DNA of 64,000 nt. It comes from Anaeramoeba ignava BMAN. Taxonomy: Eukaryota > Protista > Anaeramoebae. Positions within the stretch are counted from its first letter, which is position 1; each line of letters opens with the position of its first letter. A model generated the notes under the pieces. The model did not search any database. It was given only the letters and a program-made list of their open reading frames with translations, and had not been told where the DNA came from. The translations under genes and the position numbers were made by a program. The DNA is taken from contig JAPDFW010000090.1 in the NCBI GenBank assembly GCA_028826165.1, positions 186,001 to 250,000 on the forward strand, written 5' to 3'. Of the stretch, positions 63,603-64,000 are shown one piece after another.

Positions 63603-64000
63603 ATGAACATAAATCCCATTTCTAAATTTAATTTTGGAGATTTTTCAATTGAAAAAGACATTCAATCAATAATTATAGATAGTGGAGGAGATACAATAAA
63701 AGCAGGATTTGGAGGAGAAGATTTCCCAAGAATAATTTTCCCAACAGTAATAGGAAGACCCAAATCATATGGAGGAATGATGTTTGGAATGTATCAAAGA
63801 GATTCATTTGTTGGAGATGAAGCATTGAATAGAAGAATACAACCAATTTTAACATATCCATTACAAAATGGAATAATAACAAATTGGGATGATATGGAAA
63901 AAATTTGGCATCATACCTTTTATAATGAATTAAGAGTTGCTCCTGAAGAACATCCTGTTTTATTAACTGAAAATCCTTTGAATCCAAAAATAAATCGAGA
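63603..64000 (+). CDS. Divergent actin paralogue, 5' part (runs off the window)
   Basis: [54 protein letters not shown]...FVGDEA...[48 protein letters not shown]; absent from the ORF track because there is no stop in the window. Confidence 0.95.
   Translation, partial: MNINPISKFNFGDFSIEKDIQSIIIDSGGDTIKAGFGGEDFPRIIFPTVIGRPKSYGGMMFGMYQRDSFVGDEALNRRIQPILTYPLQNGIITNWDDMEKIWHHTFYNELRVAPEEHPVLLTENPLNPKINR

Noticed and set aside
1-64000. Alternative genetic code (stop-codon reassignment)
   Set aside because: Long ORFs are open under the standard code, TAA and TGA act as stops, and interruptions are explained by introns or indels.

Overview
This is extremely AT-rich eukaryotic nuclear DNA, not prokaryotic: it has GT-AG spliceosomal introns, the standard genetic code and homopolymer indels typical of long-read assemblies. 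The gene content and style (BTB-BACK-TLDc and ARM expansions, N/Q runs, TCATTT initiator-like motifs) resemble an anaerobic protist such as Anaeramoeba; that assignment is inference only. About 21 genes: SPT16, a GTPase-degenerate eEF2 paralogue, three BTB-BACK-TLDc genes, a RING-H2 E3 ligase, a Q61G Rho GTPase, two ARM-repeat genes built from phase-1/phase-1 exons of about 129 nt, a catalytically degenerate KDSR-like SDR, a TspO-like membrane protein, a FANCB-like gene, RMC1, a ScaA-like gene, two tandem beta-propeller surface proteins, PABPN1, a hookless Rad50-like ATPase and two divergent actin-family genes. Large intergenic spacers are almost entirely minisatellites with 11, 12, 23-24 and 143-145 bp units. 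Most short ORFs in the supplied track are microsatellite or antisense artefacts. The main candidates for novelty are the modular one-exon-per-repeat ARM cassette system, the pseudo-GTPase eEF2 that keeps its diphthamide loop, and A-tract/AAG 3' splice sites. No CRISPR array, transposase, intein or RNA gene was recognised.
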